A stretch of 64,000 nt of DNA from Octopus sinensis (lineage: Eukaryota): contig NC_042998.1 in the NCBI RefSeq assembly GCF_006345805.1, positions 50,778,001 through 50,842,000 of the forward strand. The letters run 5' to 3'. Shown here one piece after another: positions 26,538 to 40,290 of the stretch. Each line of letters begins with the position of its first letter. The stretch's first letter is position 1. A model generated the notes under the pieces. The model was not told the DNA's origin. It saw only the letters and a list, made by a program, of their open reading frames with translations, and did no database searches. The translations under genes and the position numbers were made by a program.

Positions 26538-27340
26538 TCCGGTTGGTGCAAAGGTAATGGCTGATTTTTTAGAAAACAGCTTTAGATAGTATTTTTTAAA
26601 ATTGTGCCTCTTGCAGTGTTTTAAGAATGTCACAACAAATAATTTATACATTTTACTTTCAGATTCTGATTGTATTGGCCATAATCTTCTGCTATATTCA
26701 CACCCATGTTTGTCCCATCTAAAGATCACGTTGGGCATGTCTTACTCTATGAGTTTCATAAAGGTGTCAATGCAAGCACAGCAGCAAAGTCTCTTCTGAG
26801 AGTTTATGGGGATGATGTAGTGAGTGAAAGAAGTTACAGGTGATGGTTTTTCCCTCTTCAGAAGTGGGGATTTGAGTTTGGAAGACAAGCCAAAAGAAGG
26901 TCGTTCAAAACAACATGATTCCAAACAGTTGGAAGCTGTTGCCACAGAAAATCCAACTGCTACTTGTAGAGAACTTGCAGAATAGTTTAACGTAGCCCAT
27001 ACAACTTTTCTACGCCAACTGAAAAGGATCGGAATGGTTTCAGTGGTTGGAAAATGGATCCCGGATGAAATGTCTCCAGAGAATCTGCAACAGCGTCTTG
27101 TTTGTTGTCAGTCATTGGTTTCACGACATCTTAAAGAATTATTATTAGGAAGGCTTGTTATAGGTAATGAGAAGTGGATCCTTTACCATAATGTTAAATG
27201 CTACTGATCATAGATCAATTGAGGAGGAAGACCTGTTCAACAACCAAGAGGAGGACTTCATCCAAGGAAGATCATGTTGAGTGTATGGTGAGATATTGAA
27301 AGAATTGTCCATTATAAACTGTTAGACAACAAACAATTAC
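26538..27340 (+). mobile_element. 3'-truncated mariner transposase pseudogene
   Basis: Left TIR TCCGGTTGGTGCAAAGGTAATGG; motifs GKWIPDEM (WVPHEL-like), IGNEKWILYHN (first catalytic D region), GLHPRKIMLSVW; in-frame stops. Confidence 0.85.
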
Positions 27341-27879
27341 CTTCTCTTTCTCTTTCACTCTCCTTCCTTTTGTCCCCCTCTGAAACACACACTCAGACAC
27401 ATATATTCTCACTCACTTCCATATAAATATAGAACTCGTAAACTAGAAAAGCGACGGACTTGAATCAAACCTGAAGTAGATTGAAAGCAAGCTTGTCATT
27501 GATAAGGCCATGAATGATGATGAAAGGACCCTGACAAACCTAGCCAATTGATTGATTGATTGACTGAGTGACTAATCAAACAATCAATTGATCGATTGGT
27601 TATATGGTTAACCAATTGACTAACAATGATAATGAGGGGGTAAGTCAATTATATTGCCCCCAGTGCTCAACTGATACTTATTTCATTGACCCTGAAAAGA
27701 TGAAAAGCAAAGTTGACCTCGGTGGAATATGAACTCAGAATGTAAAGACAAATGATATGCTGCTAAGCATTTTGCCCAGCATACCTGCATAATAACAACA
27801 ACAACAACAATGATAATAATAATAATTTTTAACTGCTGCACAAGGTCAAAAAACCACCAGAAACACGTAATGAAGAAAA

Positions 27880-28530
27880 GTACAAGTAACCGAAGAATAT
27901 GTATTGATGGGGAAGAAACAATAAATCATTTCATCTCTGGCTGCCAAGCTGTGGCAAAGATGGAATATATCTACAGACATGACAGAGTTGGGACCTAAAT
28001 ACACTGGAAGCTATACCAACACCATGGAATGACAACAGAAAAAGAGATGGTATAAGCACACCCCAGAAATGCTCTCAGAAAATGAGAAAGCAACCATACT
28101 CTGGGATATGATAATACATAAAGATAGAGAAATCAAGGCTAATAGACCAGATATAGTTGTCAGAGATCACCAAGATAAATAGGCCTTCTAACCGATATAT
28201 CAATCCCAACAGATGACAATGTATCTCTAAAAGAAATTGAGAAACTCTAAAAATACAAAGATCTGGAAATGGAGATAACCCAAATATGGAGCCTAAAAAC
28301 AGAAACAATCCCTAGAATAATAGGTGCATTAGGTATGATTAAAAAAATTCAGACAAATAAACACCAAAAAACCAGGACTTAGGAATGTATATAACACAGA
28401 AAATAGCACTACTAGGCACCGCATACATCCTACCTAAAGTACTTTCAATATGGTGAAAATATGTGCAACATAACAAACCACAGCAAACCTAAGGCACACA
28501 GAGCTGTACTTGGTAGTGCAGTGAAAACAC
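27880..28530 (+). mobile_element. R4/Dong-type RLE LINE 3' fragment
   Basis: CCHC remnant EETINHFISGC..EYIYRHD, then ENEKATILWDM..KANRPDIVVRD..DISIPTD..KYKDL..GALGMIKK; stops. Confidence 0.85.
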
Positions 28531-28557
28531 ATGATAAAACTAAGATTACTGAATAAC

Positions 28558-28712
<155 letters not shown>

Positions 28713-29364
28713 TAATAGTAAAAGAAGAGAAGTAGAACCAGTGTGTGGGTGTGTTTATTATTGGCCCAATGACCCTCCCAAGATACAACAAAACTCTTAT
28801 AGTATTAGCACAAAGAGGTAGTATGATCACAACTGGGCTGTTTTTATTCATAAGTCAGTTTGGCCAGTGTGGCTTCAGAGTTAAAAAACACCAATTATGG
28901 AAAACATGAAATAATCTGAATTAAACATTAATCACTGTATATTGACACACAGGTATCCCAACCTTCCTCCACTGTACAAAAGGGTTAAAATGACCACCCT
29001 CTCACCTCATTAACAGCATATCCTCTCTGTATAATTAAGAAAACAGTAGGTTAATGTTTGCTTTGTTGCTATGGCGATTTTATGCTTTCTTCCTCGTGAT
29101 TCATAAATAAACTTCCAACTGTTGCCAAAAAACACAATTAGTTTGTTAATTGAATATAAATATAATTAGTTAATGACTGCATGGCTGCTAAGGGCTGGCG
29201 TTTAAGTAATTGACTCGTGGATGATGATGGTATGGCAATTAATTTATTGATTTATGCCAGGAACCATACTGGTGCATGTCAGCTGATAAAGGGGAAAAAA
29301 GGGCAAATAATAGACAATAGACATAATGATTTACAAGCGTGTGTGTGTGTATGCGTGTATGTGT

Positions 29365-29403
<39 letters not shown>

Positions 29404-29928
29404 GAGGTGCAATGGCCCAATGGTTAGGGCAGCGGACTTGCGGTCGTAGGATCTCGGTTTCGATTCCCAGACCAGGCATTGTGAGTGTTTATTGAGTGAA
29501 AACACCTAAACTCCACCAGGCTCCGGCAGGGGGTGTTGGTGAACCCTTCTGTATTCTTTCACCACAACTTTTTCTCACTCTTTCTTCCTGTTTCTCTTGT
29601 ACCTGTATTTCAAAGGGTCAGCCTTGTTACACTCTGTGTCATGCTGAATCTCCCCGAGAGCTATGTTAAGGGTACACGTGTCTGTGGAGTGCTCAGCTAC
29701 TTGCATGTTAATAATTGAGCTGCGACGTCACTAGTGCCAAACTGTATCGGCCTTTGCCTTTCCCTTGGATAACATCGGTGGCATGGAGAGGGAAGGCTGG
29801 TATGCATGGGCGACTGCTGGTCTTCCATAAACAACCTTGCCCAGACTTGTGCCTTGGGGGGTAACTTTCTAGGTGCAATCCCATGGTCATTCATGACCGA
29901 AGGGGGTCACAACAAATATATATATATA

Positions 29929-30734
29929 CACAGGGTGTTTGCACTAAGTTTGATGATATTTTTATAACACCCTCCCTTTCTTAGGAACAGCCTGATATAT
30001 TGGTGAACAGCGAACAATCAGTGGCATTGAAGAGCATAAAGATTAAATTTGTAACTGTGAAAAAGTTAGCTGACATGATGGCACTGGAAGCTATCTGAAT
30101 ATTGGAAAATAGTTACCTGTATCATTGGCATTCGCACCAGGTATCAAAATGCTGACATCATGATGGTTGCTCAAAGCTCTGTGAACACTGTAAAGGCTGT
30201 AAGGCATGACATGGACAGCTGCAACAGAGATTACAAAGCCATGGCCGGCAGGAAGGAACACAGTAGATGTTCTAACTGCGTCCACATGCCAGAATTCATC
30301 CAGCAAGTGATAAACAAGGCCTTAAGCTCAATTTAGATGTAGTTGTAGGAAAATTTCTATGATTTCACCAGCCACAATTTCTGGCTTTCTATTCCCTTGA
30401 TTTTATTCCCATGGATTAGTATGTGGTGGGCACAGTTGAGAAAGTCACCAACCACTCTGCCTGCAATACCAAGACCAAGCTGGTGGCCAAGATCAAGGAG
30501 GTGTTCGAAGATCTTCCCAAGAAGACAGTAAGGAGTGCATGCACCAGGTTTCAGAGGTGTCTTGCAGCTGTGATGAAAACTGAGGGTGGCTAATTTGAGT
30601 AAACACTCAGTTATCACTCAGCCATAATCTAGTGGATATTTTTTTATATTCATAATACTTTTACTTTTTGGATGGGTTACTGTGTTTTTTTTCCCTTTTA
30701 CGCAAACTGTCAAATTGAGCCCCAACTCCCTACA
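29929..30734 (+). mobile_element. internally deleted Tc1-like transposon
   Basis: N-terminal HTH remnant (IIGIRTRYQNADIMMVAQSSVNTVKAVRHD) and C-terminal PMD..YVWGTVEK..AKIKEVFEDLP..ACTRFQRCLAAV..EGG; degenerate TIRs, TA flanks. Confidence 0.75.
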
Positions 30735-31260
30735 TAAGTGTATATGTATGTACATCATCATCATCCTTTAATGTCCAGTTTCTACAGCTGGATGCCCTTC
30801 CTAATGCCAACCACTCTGAGATTGTAGTGGGTGCTTTTACATGCCACCTGCACGAGGGCCAGTCTGGCAGTACTGGCAACAGCCATGCTTGAAATGGTGT
30901 TTTTTCATGCCACCTGCACAGGAGTCAGTCCAGCGGCACTGGCAACGACCTTGCTCGAATGTTTTGTTCACGTGCCACTGGCACAAGTGCCAGTAAGGTG
31001 ATGCTGGTAATGATCACGTTCAGATGGTGCATTTTATGTGCCCACCAGAATGGAAGCCAGACAGCTGCTCTGCTAGTGATCTCGCTTGGATGGATCTGTT
31101 AGCACTCCACTGGCACAGGTGCCAATATATATATATATATATATATATATCGTAAATTATCTTTGCCACTTAAATGTGGCTAACCCTTAAGGGGTTACAA
31201 GCTACTGTAGCATTCACCCTTAAGGGCTAGCCAGTGTGCCTATAATAAAGAAATAACAGG

Positions 31261-31317
31261 TGATTGTCACATGCTGATGACAAGTCAATACCCAGAAACT
31301 CGGGTGCGTGTGTATCA
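31261..31317 (+). ncRNA. degenerate minimal type I hammerhead ribozyme
   Basis: CACATG-CTGATGA-CAAG-TCAATA-CCCA-GAAA-CTCGGGT-G-CGTGTG; stem I pairs and extends TGAT/ATCA; stem II eroded; cleavage triplet GUG. Confidence 0.55.
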
Positions 31318-32203
31318 CACAGTCAAATGACTGATACAAGTAAAAGAATAAAAGAGTAAAAGAATATATATATATATATATATATAGTCCAACCCATGCC
31401 AGCATGGAATATATATATATATATATATATATAGTCCAACCCATGCTAGCATGGAAAGCGGACGTTAAACGATGATGATGATGATATACACACACACATT
31501 TATGTAAGGATTTCTCATGTCTTCTTTTTGTACAATTCCACAATGTTACAACATGCTTTTATCATGCTGCATACTTTATAGCACCTAGCGTCTCCCATAC
31601 AATGCACTATTTATTATACAATCAATACAGAATACTTCTGATCCTTAATAATTTCATTTCCTTAGTAAGCATTGTCACTGTTTTGCAAATGTAAGCACTT
31701 TCATCATCACTTTTCACAAGGTAAGCACTTTCACTTTCTTAGATAACAGGTAGAAAGACAAGAAAAGCTATTCCAGTTTCTTGTTATCTTCTATCATCGT
31801 GTAATTCTTTTGCACTGAACATCTTACTCTCAAGATAGAACATTGAGCTGGTATTGACAGATTAGTCTCAGCATAAATTTTGAATGAAAAGGAAGATAGT
31901 TATTACATGAACTTGTGAAGAAATTTGATATACTGGCCTTGTTGCATTGGCATATCCTCACTCACTTGCATAGAGAATGGATCATATCAAAACAAATTTC
32001 AGAACAGTTTCAGGTAAAAAATTACAGAGATGTACTTGCATAGCAAGTGACCTGATCTGAGATTGTGTGCTGGAACAAAAACAATTGCAGCGTGGAAGGT
32101 GTTTATAAGCCATTTAAGAAACACAAAAAAAATCTGTGAGATTCACAAAATCCCATGGTCATTCATGACCAAAGGGGGTCTTCCCTCCTAATATGTGTAT
32201 GTA

Positions 32204-32257
<54 letters not shown>

Positions 32258-32714
32258 GGTGCATAGCTCAGTAGTTAGAGCATCAGGCTCACAATCACGA
32301 GGCTGTGAGTTTGATTCCTGAACCAGGTTGTGTGTTGTGTTCTTGAGCAAGACACTTTATTTCACATTGCTCCACTTCACTCAGATGTAGATATGAGTTG
32401 TGATGTCACTGGTGCCAGGCCTTTGCCTTTCTCTTGGATAACATCAGTAGCATGGAGAGGGGGGGGGGCTAGTATGCCTGGGTGACTGCTGGTCTTCCAT
32501 AAACAACCTTGCCCAGACACTCCTCTTGTGTACTACAACTCATAAGGCCAGAGCTTGACCCAGTTTCCATCACTGGGTTAACTTCACAGCTATTGTTGGA
32601 ACTGGTTTACAGCTGAATGGACAGGAGCAACATGATACAAAGTGTTTTGCTCGAGAACAAAATGCTCTATGCAGTCCAGGAATCAAAACCACATTTTGTG
32701 GACTGGCTATTCAC

Positions 32715-32799
32715 TTTCTAGGTTAGCAATGAGTGTACTTTCAAGGAGATGAAGCTCATCAAACCACTTAAACTCAACATAATTGCCATAGTATTTTGA
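32715..32799 (-). CDS. candidate exon of host gene (SKYYGNYVEFKWFDELHLLESTLIANLE)
   Basis: Acceptor ctcactgccttgcag|, donor A|GTGAAT, open only on the minus strand; phase 0 to 1. Confidence 0.35.
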
Positions 32800-32804
32800 C
32801 TGCA

Positions 32805-33208
32805 AGGCAGTGAGCTGGCAGAAACGTTAGCATGCCGGGTGAAATGCTTAGCAGTATTTCGTCTGCTGCTACGTTCTGAGTTCAAATTCTGCCGAATTTG
32901 GCTTTGCTTTTCATCCTTTCGGGGTTGATAAATTAAGTACCGGTTGTGCACTGGGGTCGATATAATCGACTTAATCCATTTGTCTGTCCTTGTTTGTTCT
33001 CTCTGTGTTTAGCCCCTTGTGGGTAGTAAAGAAATAGGTATTTAGTCTGTCTTTACTTTCTGACTTCAAATTCCGCTGAGGTCAACTTTGTCTTTCATCC
33101 TTTCAGGGTCAGTAAATTAAGCACCAGTTGTGTACTGGGGTCAATATAATCGACTGGCCTCCCCCCCCCCCAAATTTTGGGCCTTGTGCCTAGAGTAGAA
33201 AAGAATAC
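32805..33208 (+). mobile_element. dimeric SINE family C insertion
   Basis: 13-bp TSD TATTTTGACTGCA (32792-32804 / 33209-33221). Confidence 0.85.
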
Positions 33209-34325
33209 TATTTTGACTGCATGCTTTAAGCTAGTACTCTTCATATGAATGCATATAATTTCTTGTACAGTGGAAATGACATTAAGAAGAAATCCCAATG
33301 TGACTAGCTGCATGTAAGCAGTTAACCCAAGAGGGACAGAAAACTCCCCCTTTGCATGCTATTGCTTTGTGTTTGATGCTTGGAAATCTGCTGAATAGGG
33401 ATTTATGCCTACTTATGTGGTACCATGCAAATATCTTGGACTATTAGAAAATGATGAACGGTTTGAAAATGCTACACCAGAGGCCTTTACTTTCAAGATG
33501 TTGGTTCAGGACAGAATAATGTTTGTAGGTATTTATGCACATTATGATCCCATAAATGTAACCCTGCTATGAAACATTAATAATGCGGTGAGCTGGCAGA
33601 AATGTTAGCACGCCGGGCGAAATGTTTAGCGGTATTTCGTCTGCCGTTACATTCTGAGTTCAAATTCCGCTGAGGTCGACTTTGCCTTTCATCTTTTTGG
33701 GGTCGATAAATTAAGTACCAGTTATGCACTGGGGTCGATGTAATCGACTTAATCCCTTTGTTTGTCCTCGTTTGTCCCCTCTGTGTTTAGCCCCTTGTGG
33801 GCAGTAAAGAAATATGAAACATATTGATAATGCAATGACGAGATTCATCAAGAAATGCCAGGTTACAGCACTACATGTAGCACTACAAGAAATAAATTAA
33901 GTCCAAACTCAAAATAGAACAATAACTTGTGAAAGGATTGGTTTACTGAAATGGAGAGGACAAGCTCAACAAAGAATCAATGAACAGAATATTTGTCAGC
34001 CAAATGTTGATTCTTTCACTTCTGAGTAAAAGTTAATGAATAGATGTTGTTAATTTTACTGAGAAAATTACTAAAGGAAGAATCTTTGTAAATAACTGAT
34101 TTTACATTGATGTTCCAAGTGGATTTAGTAAAACATGCTTTTTTTTTAATTTGTTGATATCTCTTGAAGTAATTATGAAGTAATTATGAACAATATGGAC
34201 AGGAATTGATTGCTTTTCTTACTAGCAGGAGGAAGAACAATTCCCAGCATTCTGTATTTTCTGGCATACACGTCAACATAGTATATAATATTAACATGCA
34301 GTGTAAAACATTCAAACATTGTTAC

Positions 34326-34367
34326 CATCTTTCCAAATCTAGCTACATTTGAAATAAAATTTTGGTC
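34326..34367 (-). CDS. candidate exon of host gene (DQNFISNVARFGKM; may extend to donor at 34223)
   Basis: Acceptor acaactttgcag|, phase 0 after the 37893 exon; donors ATG|GTAACA (34326) or A|GTAAGA (34223), frame open to both. Confidence 0.45.
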
Positions 34368-35571
34368 CTGCAAAGTTGTTTTAGTATATAAGATGACCTA
34401 CCTGTTTTAGCTATAAATTTTGGTCAGAAAATTTCGACTTCCATGCCAAAAAATATGGTATTCAGATTGCCTGTCTCTGACAGATGTGAATACATGATAT
34501 GTATCTCTGATATTTGATCAAACCAATTTGTGAAACCAAAACTTTAACCATTTTAGCATTTAAACTGACCATATCCAGCCCAAAAAGTTTACTTGTTTTC
34601 TGTTCTAAGAGGCCAGATCTGGCCTCTCACACCTACCATACAATATCATCCTAAAGGTAAACAATCACATCATCAAAATCTTGAACCTATGAGAAAATGA
34701 ATGGTTAATTGGGCAGAATAATATGAATGCTACAGGGAACACACATTTGCTCAAAATATGATTGACAACTGCCAGCAAGACATTACAGACCTTTTGGAGT
34801 AAGACCATTCCACTTGGCGGAAACTTCAGACAAATTTTACCATAGCCCGCAAGAACTTTTGTTAATTAATATTTGCATTAAATGTTTTCATCTGTGGTTG
34901 TATATCAAATATTTGCTAACCCCAAATTTGCATACATACAGAACAACAAAGAGAATTTATGAACTTCATACTTCAAATTGGAAATTGAGCTGCTTCAGCA
35001 AAAAACTAATCATTAATCTATAACAATGTGGAGATACTTGATGTGATGTCTGTTGAAGGATCAACAATTGACCATGTATTCAATAACACAAAATAGAACA
35101 GGAAGCTAATATAGTTTATTCTCTTATCCTAAAACACAATCAACAAAGAAGTATTGGCACTCTTTCTGAAAGACTACAGTACAAATGAATTATTGAGGGC
35201 AAATTCCTTAGATGTTTCTCTCTCTCTCTTTCTTTCTGTCTTCTGTCTCTCTCTCCTTCTGTAACTCTTTCACTAAACACACACACACATACATACATAC
35301 ATGGATAAACATATAATGTGTGTATGTGTGTGTGCATGTGCACGTGCCTCTACAAAGTATATATGTGCATATGTATATATGTCATTATTCAGTTTTATTT
35401 CAAGATTTCTTGCCAATAGAGTAAGAGTCAGTTTGTAACCTAGATCCAAGGTTTCTTCATTGGAATTTCAAAAACATCAGCAGAGTATTTTTGTATGTAA
35501 GTAAATGAACAGATTTGTTTATTTTGTTTTATATATGCCTCCTCATGCATATAGCTGCATGTCTGTCTGTA

Positions 35572-35665
<94 letters not shown>
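35572..35665. repeat. (ATCT)n microsatellite
   Basis: Direct reading. Confidence 0.95.
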
Positions 35666-35666
<1 letters not shown>

Positions 35667-37440
35667 GTCATTGTTCAGTTTTATTTCAAGGTTTCTTGCC
35701 AATAGAGAAAGAACCTGTTTCTAATCTAGATCCAAGGCTCTTTCACTGGAATTTCAACATCAACACAGGATATTAACAAGTAAACCAATTTATCAGATTA
35801 TTGCCACAAGAAAAAAAAAATGAATAAATAAATGAATAAATGACCTGCTAATGAACTTCAAATTATTGGTTACTTATACCTGGAAAACGCCATCTTAACC
35901 TTGAAGCTCTTATGCATTTGCAAGGTGCAGCAAACAAGAAAATATGCTGTCACTGTATGATTAACCTCAACATGTGATCTGAACTGACCAATGGAACACC
36001 CCATTCACCTCCTCTGTGAATATTTTTATCACTTTCCAGCTCCACACACCCACCCTCTCTTGTAAAATGTGAGTAGTCATATAGCCCCTCCACAGCAAGA
36101 AATCTGATCTGTTCCAGCCCTTTTTCTCTCATATGTTATCCTTCTCTATTTCTTATTCTCCTAGTGTAAAGTTACCCCACCACCCACTTCACCTCAAGGT
36201 ATGCAATCTTGCAGGCTTCATAGTAACCTCAATACTGCTGGTGGCATATAAAAAGCACCCAACAGATGCTGTAAAGTGCATGGTGTTAGGAAGGGCATTA
36301 AGCTGTTGAACCATGCCAAAATAGACACTGGTAAAGGTTAAGTTACCTTCTTGAATCATGCCTACTTGCAAGGGTCAGTTTTGCGGTTTCATGGCATATA
36401 TATTCCGCACCTGGATGGGACACCAGTCCATTGCAGGAGAACTCATTTTTGCCAGCTGAGTGGATTGGAACAACATGAAATGAAGTGTTTTACTCAAGAA
36501 CACATGACATCCAGTCCAGGAATTGAAACCACAATCTTATATCATGAGTCCAACACCTTAACCACTAAGCCATGCGTCTCCACAAAGTTTCCTTCTGGGG
36601 TCATATCAATTCATAAGGGCTGGTTTCCCAGTTTCATGGTGTATATATTCCACACCTGGATGGGACAACAGTCCATTGCAGGATTACTCATTTTTGCCAG
36701 CTGAGTGGACTAGAGTGATGTGAAATAAAGTGCTTTGCAAGAACAAAATGCATTGCCAGGTCCAGGAATCAAAACACAGTCTTATGAATCGAAACACAGT
36801 CTTATGATCATGAGTCCAACACCCTAACCACTAAGCCCTGTGCCTCCACAAAATAGACATTGGAGTATGAGAACCCTAGATCCCACTGGATTCTGGCAAA
36901 CTATCCAGCCTATGCCAGCAATGAACATGCATGTTTTGTTGATTAGGGAGAGAGGAATTTAAGAAGGGAGGAAAGAAGGATTAATGGATGATGAGTGGAT
37001 GGATGGATGGATGGATGAATATGTATATTTGTGTCTATCTTTATGTTTGTCCTCATAACCACTTGACATCAGGTGTTTATTTCTTTACATCCCTGTAATT
37101 TACCAGTTCAAGAAAAGAATCTGACAGAATAAGTATCAATAAAATGTAAGTACTGGGGTCAATTTGTTTAATAAATCCCTTCAAAATGGTGTCCCGGCAT
37201 GTCCACAGTCCAATGACTTAAACAAATATAAGATAAAAGATAGATTGGGAAACTGAATAAAAAAGATAATCTAAAGAAGGTCCTATGGAAGTAATTTACA
37301 TATTAGGCATAGTTTCTATTGAGGTCTTCTATCTTTGAGATTCTAACATCACCAGAAAACTTGAGTTTTATGGAAGATCCAAAGTACTATATATTTCAGA
37401 CACCAACCAATCTAGGGCACAATATGTATCTGTGAGAGAT

Positions 37441-37864
37441 TTAACCCTTTAGCATTTAAACCAGCCATAACAGGCCCAAATATTCTACCTGTTTTATGTT
37501 AAAAATGGCCATGTACAACCTCTCACAACTTCTCACATCTATGCTACAATGCTGCACATGTGTACAACCTTGAAATGTTTAGAATATTTTATTGTATAAT
37601 TTATACAAATGAAAAACAAAAAAAAACAGAAAAAAAAACCATCAATGCAACTCTAAGTGCCTCAATTGGTCGCACCCCACAAGGTTCAACGGAATCTACT
37701 GAAGCAAGCCAACACACTTGCAGTATTACCGCTATGTCATTGTAAAAATGAGCAATCATATCATTGGGATCTCAAAGCTACAAGATAATGCATGATTATT
37801 TCAAAGCATTGTGAATAAATAAAGCATTACATTTGACAGAGTAATCTGAATGCTAAAGAGTTAA
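37441..37864 (+). mobile_element. TTAA-flanked piggyBac-like MITE
   Basis: TTAACCCTTTTAGCATT ... AATGCTAAAGAGTTAA termini; relatives at 45361-45790 (SINE-interrupted), 46453-46679, 34545-34720, 7395-7640, 14300-14460. Confidence 0.65.
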
Positions 37865-37892
37865 AGAGAACAAAATTATAAATCATACCTAC

Positions 37893-38180
37893 CACTATTT
37901 TATTTACTGTACCAAACATATTGAAATAGTGTTGTCTTGGTTTCGCATGACAGCTATAAAATGTATTACAGTTGTTAGCCACGGCTACTTGTTGATCTTC
38001 GTTTGGCATGGTGCTGGTCGAGGAAAAATTTCCGAAGTTATTGATAAATAAGTTTGTAGTCCCAGGATGAATACTAGTAGTGATCTGATGCATCTCACCA
38101 GAACGGGTAAATTGATAGTTATTGCAATGTACTAAGCTGCTTGAACTGCTGCCACTTGTTAAGGGCACTGGTGGTTTTAC
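37893..38180 (-). CDS. internal exon of unidentified host gene (VKPPVPLTSGSSSS...HAKPRQHYFNMFGTVNKIV)
   Basis: Acceptor tttatatttcag|, 288 nt open, donor GTG|GTAGGT; phase 0/0 joins the 44705 exon. Confidence 0.7.
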
Positions 38181-38197
38181 CTGAAATATAAATAGGA

Positions 38198-38790
38198 TGT
38201 AAATGGGAGATAGGGTGGATGTAAGTGGTGGATGTGAAGCAGCTGTGACAGCAAGAGCGAGGCATGGCTGGGTGAAGTTCAGGGAATGTGGAGCATTGTT
38301 ATATGGGAAAAGGTTCTCATTGAAGAGGAGAGGAAGGGTCTATAAGAGTTGTGTGAGAGTTGCACTGCTGTATGGGAGTAAGACATAGTGCTTGAAGGAG
38401 AGTGAGATGGCAATTTTGAGAAGGACCGAGAGAGCAATGTTGAAAGAAAGCCATTTGATAAGAGGAAGACTGAGGAATTGATGGGGATGCTGGGGATGGA
38501 GGAATCGGTGGAATGGCTGGCAAGGGCGAATGGAGTGAGGTGGCATGGGCATGTGTTGAGGAAGGATGAAGAGCATGTTCTGAGGAGGATGATTGCGCTT
38601 AAGGTAAATGGAGCGCAAAAGTGAGGTAGGCCAAGGAAAAGGTGGAGGGGACAGGTGGAAGAGGTGATTGGGAGGGTTGGTTCGAGAAAGGAGAACACCC
38701 CAAACTGGGCAAGATGGTGTGAGGTAGATCTAGCCACTTCCATTATCGGAGACAAAACCCGGATTTAAAACACTGGATGATGATGATGAT
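38198..38790 (+). mobile_element. RTE-clade LINE 3' fragment
   Basis: GGCEAAVTARARHGWVKFRE..ALLYGSKT..RWHGHVLRKDEEHVLRR..GRPRKRW; (GAT)n tail. Confidence 0.85.
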
Positions 38791-39889
38791 TATAATGTAA
38801 GTTTATCTATTTATGTAACTGAAACTACAACCAGCCATTTGGATCAATCTAAAATGATAGTTAAATTAAGACTTTATAGGCTTAAAAACATGTTGCTTTA
38901 TTCTTCAGTTTGAACATCGTCACCATCATCTCTCAAAAGTTCTTAATCACGCTAATAACACTGAAAACTTCTCTTCCAATCTGTATTCCTCATTAAGATT
39001 AGATTCACCCTTTCATCACTTCCACCTGTCCGTCTAACCTTCTTTGTAATGAAAATATTGTTATAGCATTTATTGCATGAAAAGGATGAAGGAAACCTTG
39101 TTCATGTACAGCAAGGGGAACAAACCAAATTTCCTTAAAATGCTACTATTTTATAATTTTTGTGTTTTCTTATGAATATTTAGAAGCTTTTATTCTTTGA
39201 GAGGGTCATAATACCAATAAATAATGCATTGTGTGTAGTTCACTTCAGCTTTTATTTTACTGTTGACTAATTTCTCAGAAATTGCTCATCACCAATGTAA
39301 CTTTTTCAATGAATTCAGATTCTACAACTTATTTTCTTGTGCATATTATGCAGCCAAGTTTCGTCTCTATGTTGTCAAGCATGTGTATTTTATTTTCATT
39401 GCATCTTTATAATTTTTATTTGTCTGTTTTTTTTTTTTGCTTTTGTAGATCCTACGAGAAGAATTTATGTGAGTGTATGTGGGGTAGGGGAGGTGAGTGA
39501 ATTTTGTTGGGTTTAATTCCACTTTATACTCATTCTTCTATTACAATGGTCTTGGTGGTAGGCAATGCTATTGGTGTGTTGTAAATCTACTGATTCCTTC
39601 TATTGAGGATGTGTGTTGAATCAGAATCTATATTCTCTGTAACCTATTATAGAATCAGATCTTTTGGGTGTATAGTAAGAGTAACATTTCTGCATTGTTT
39701 ATTGACCCATTGTTTTTCTGTATGACAATGTTGGTAAAGATATTTTATTCTTTTCATCATACTCACTCCAGTGTTCCCTAATTCTTTAACCTATACTTAG
39801 GCTATTTCTCCAATATGGATTATTGCAGTAGTTTGAATAACAGAACAACATCTAGCTATGACAAGGAGAGGAGAGAAGCTACTCATTTA

Positions 39890-40290
39890 GAACAAGGTAA
39901 GAGCAATGATTGTGGAGGGAAAGTCAGTAAGAGTGTTGGAATGTAGTACAAGAAGCCTACTTAAGATGGGAACAGGCAGCAGCACCCAAAGTCTGATGAC
40001 CTTTGGAAAACAGAGCCTCACTAATTGGATGCTGTAAAGTGACTTTGTCAGTTCATAATATCCTACTGAGATATCCAATTTGTTCTATTGGGGTAAAATG
40101 GAGTCACCAGTGTCTCCTCTGAGCCTGTGGAAAGACGCACTGGTGTTCATCCTCTGTAGCTGTTCAAAAGTTCTGGGTGAGGGAAGCTAGCACTAGGGTT
40201 ATAACCAGGTCCTCAAGCTCATAACAAACACCATCCATAATAGGGTTAGTCAATGCAGGCACCTCTTCCCAACGGAGAAGACTATGATGA
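39890..40290 (+). mobile_element. decayed HERO-like RLE LINE fragment (zinc-knuckle region)
   Basis: NLFYWGKMESP..CGK..CSCSKVLGEG..YNQVL, a degraded RYTWRHNQVL block. Confidence 0.55.

Noticed and set aside
31897-33527. Plus-strand exon-like islands (31897-32013, 33399-33527) suggesting an antisense gene
   Set aside because: Donor-like ends but purine-rich, implausible acceptors; short enough to occur by chance.
39985-40015. CTGATGA...GAAA as another hammerhead (also CTGATGA at ~19364, ~22494, ~54722 minus, ~61025)
   Set aside because: No stem I/II pairing around the core; 39993 lies in a LINE coding relic.
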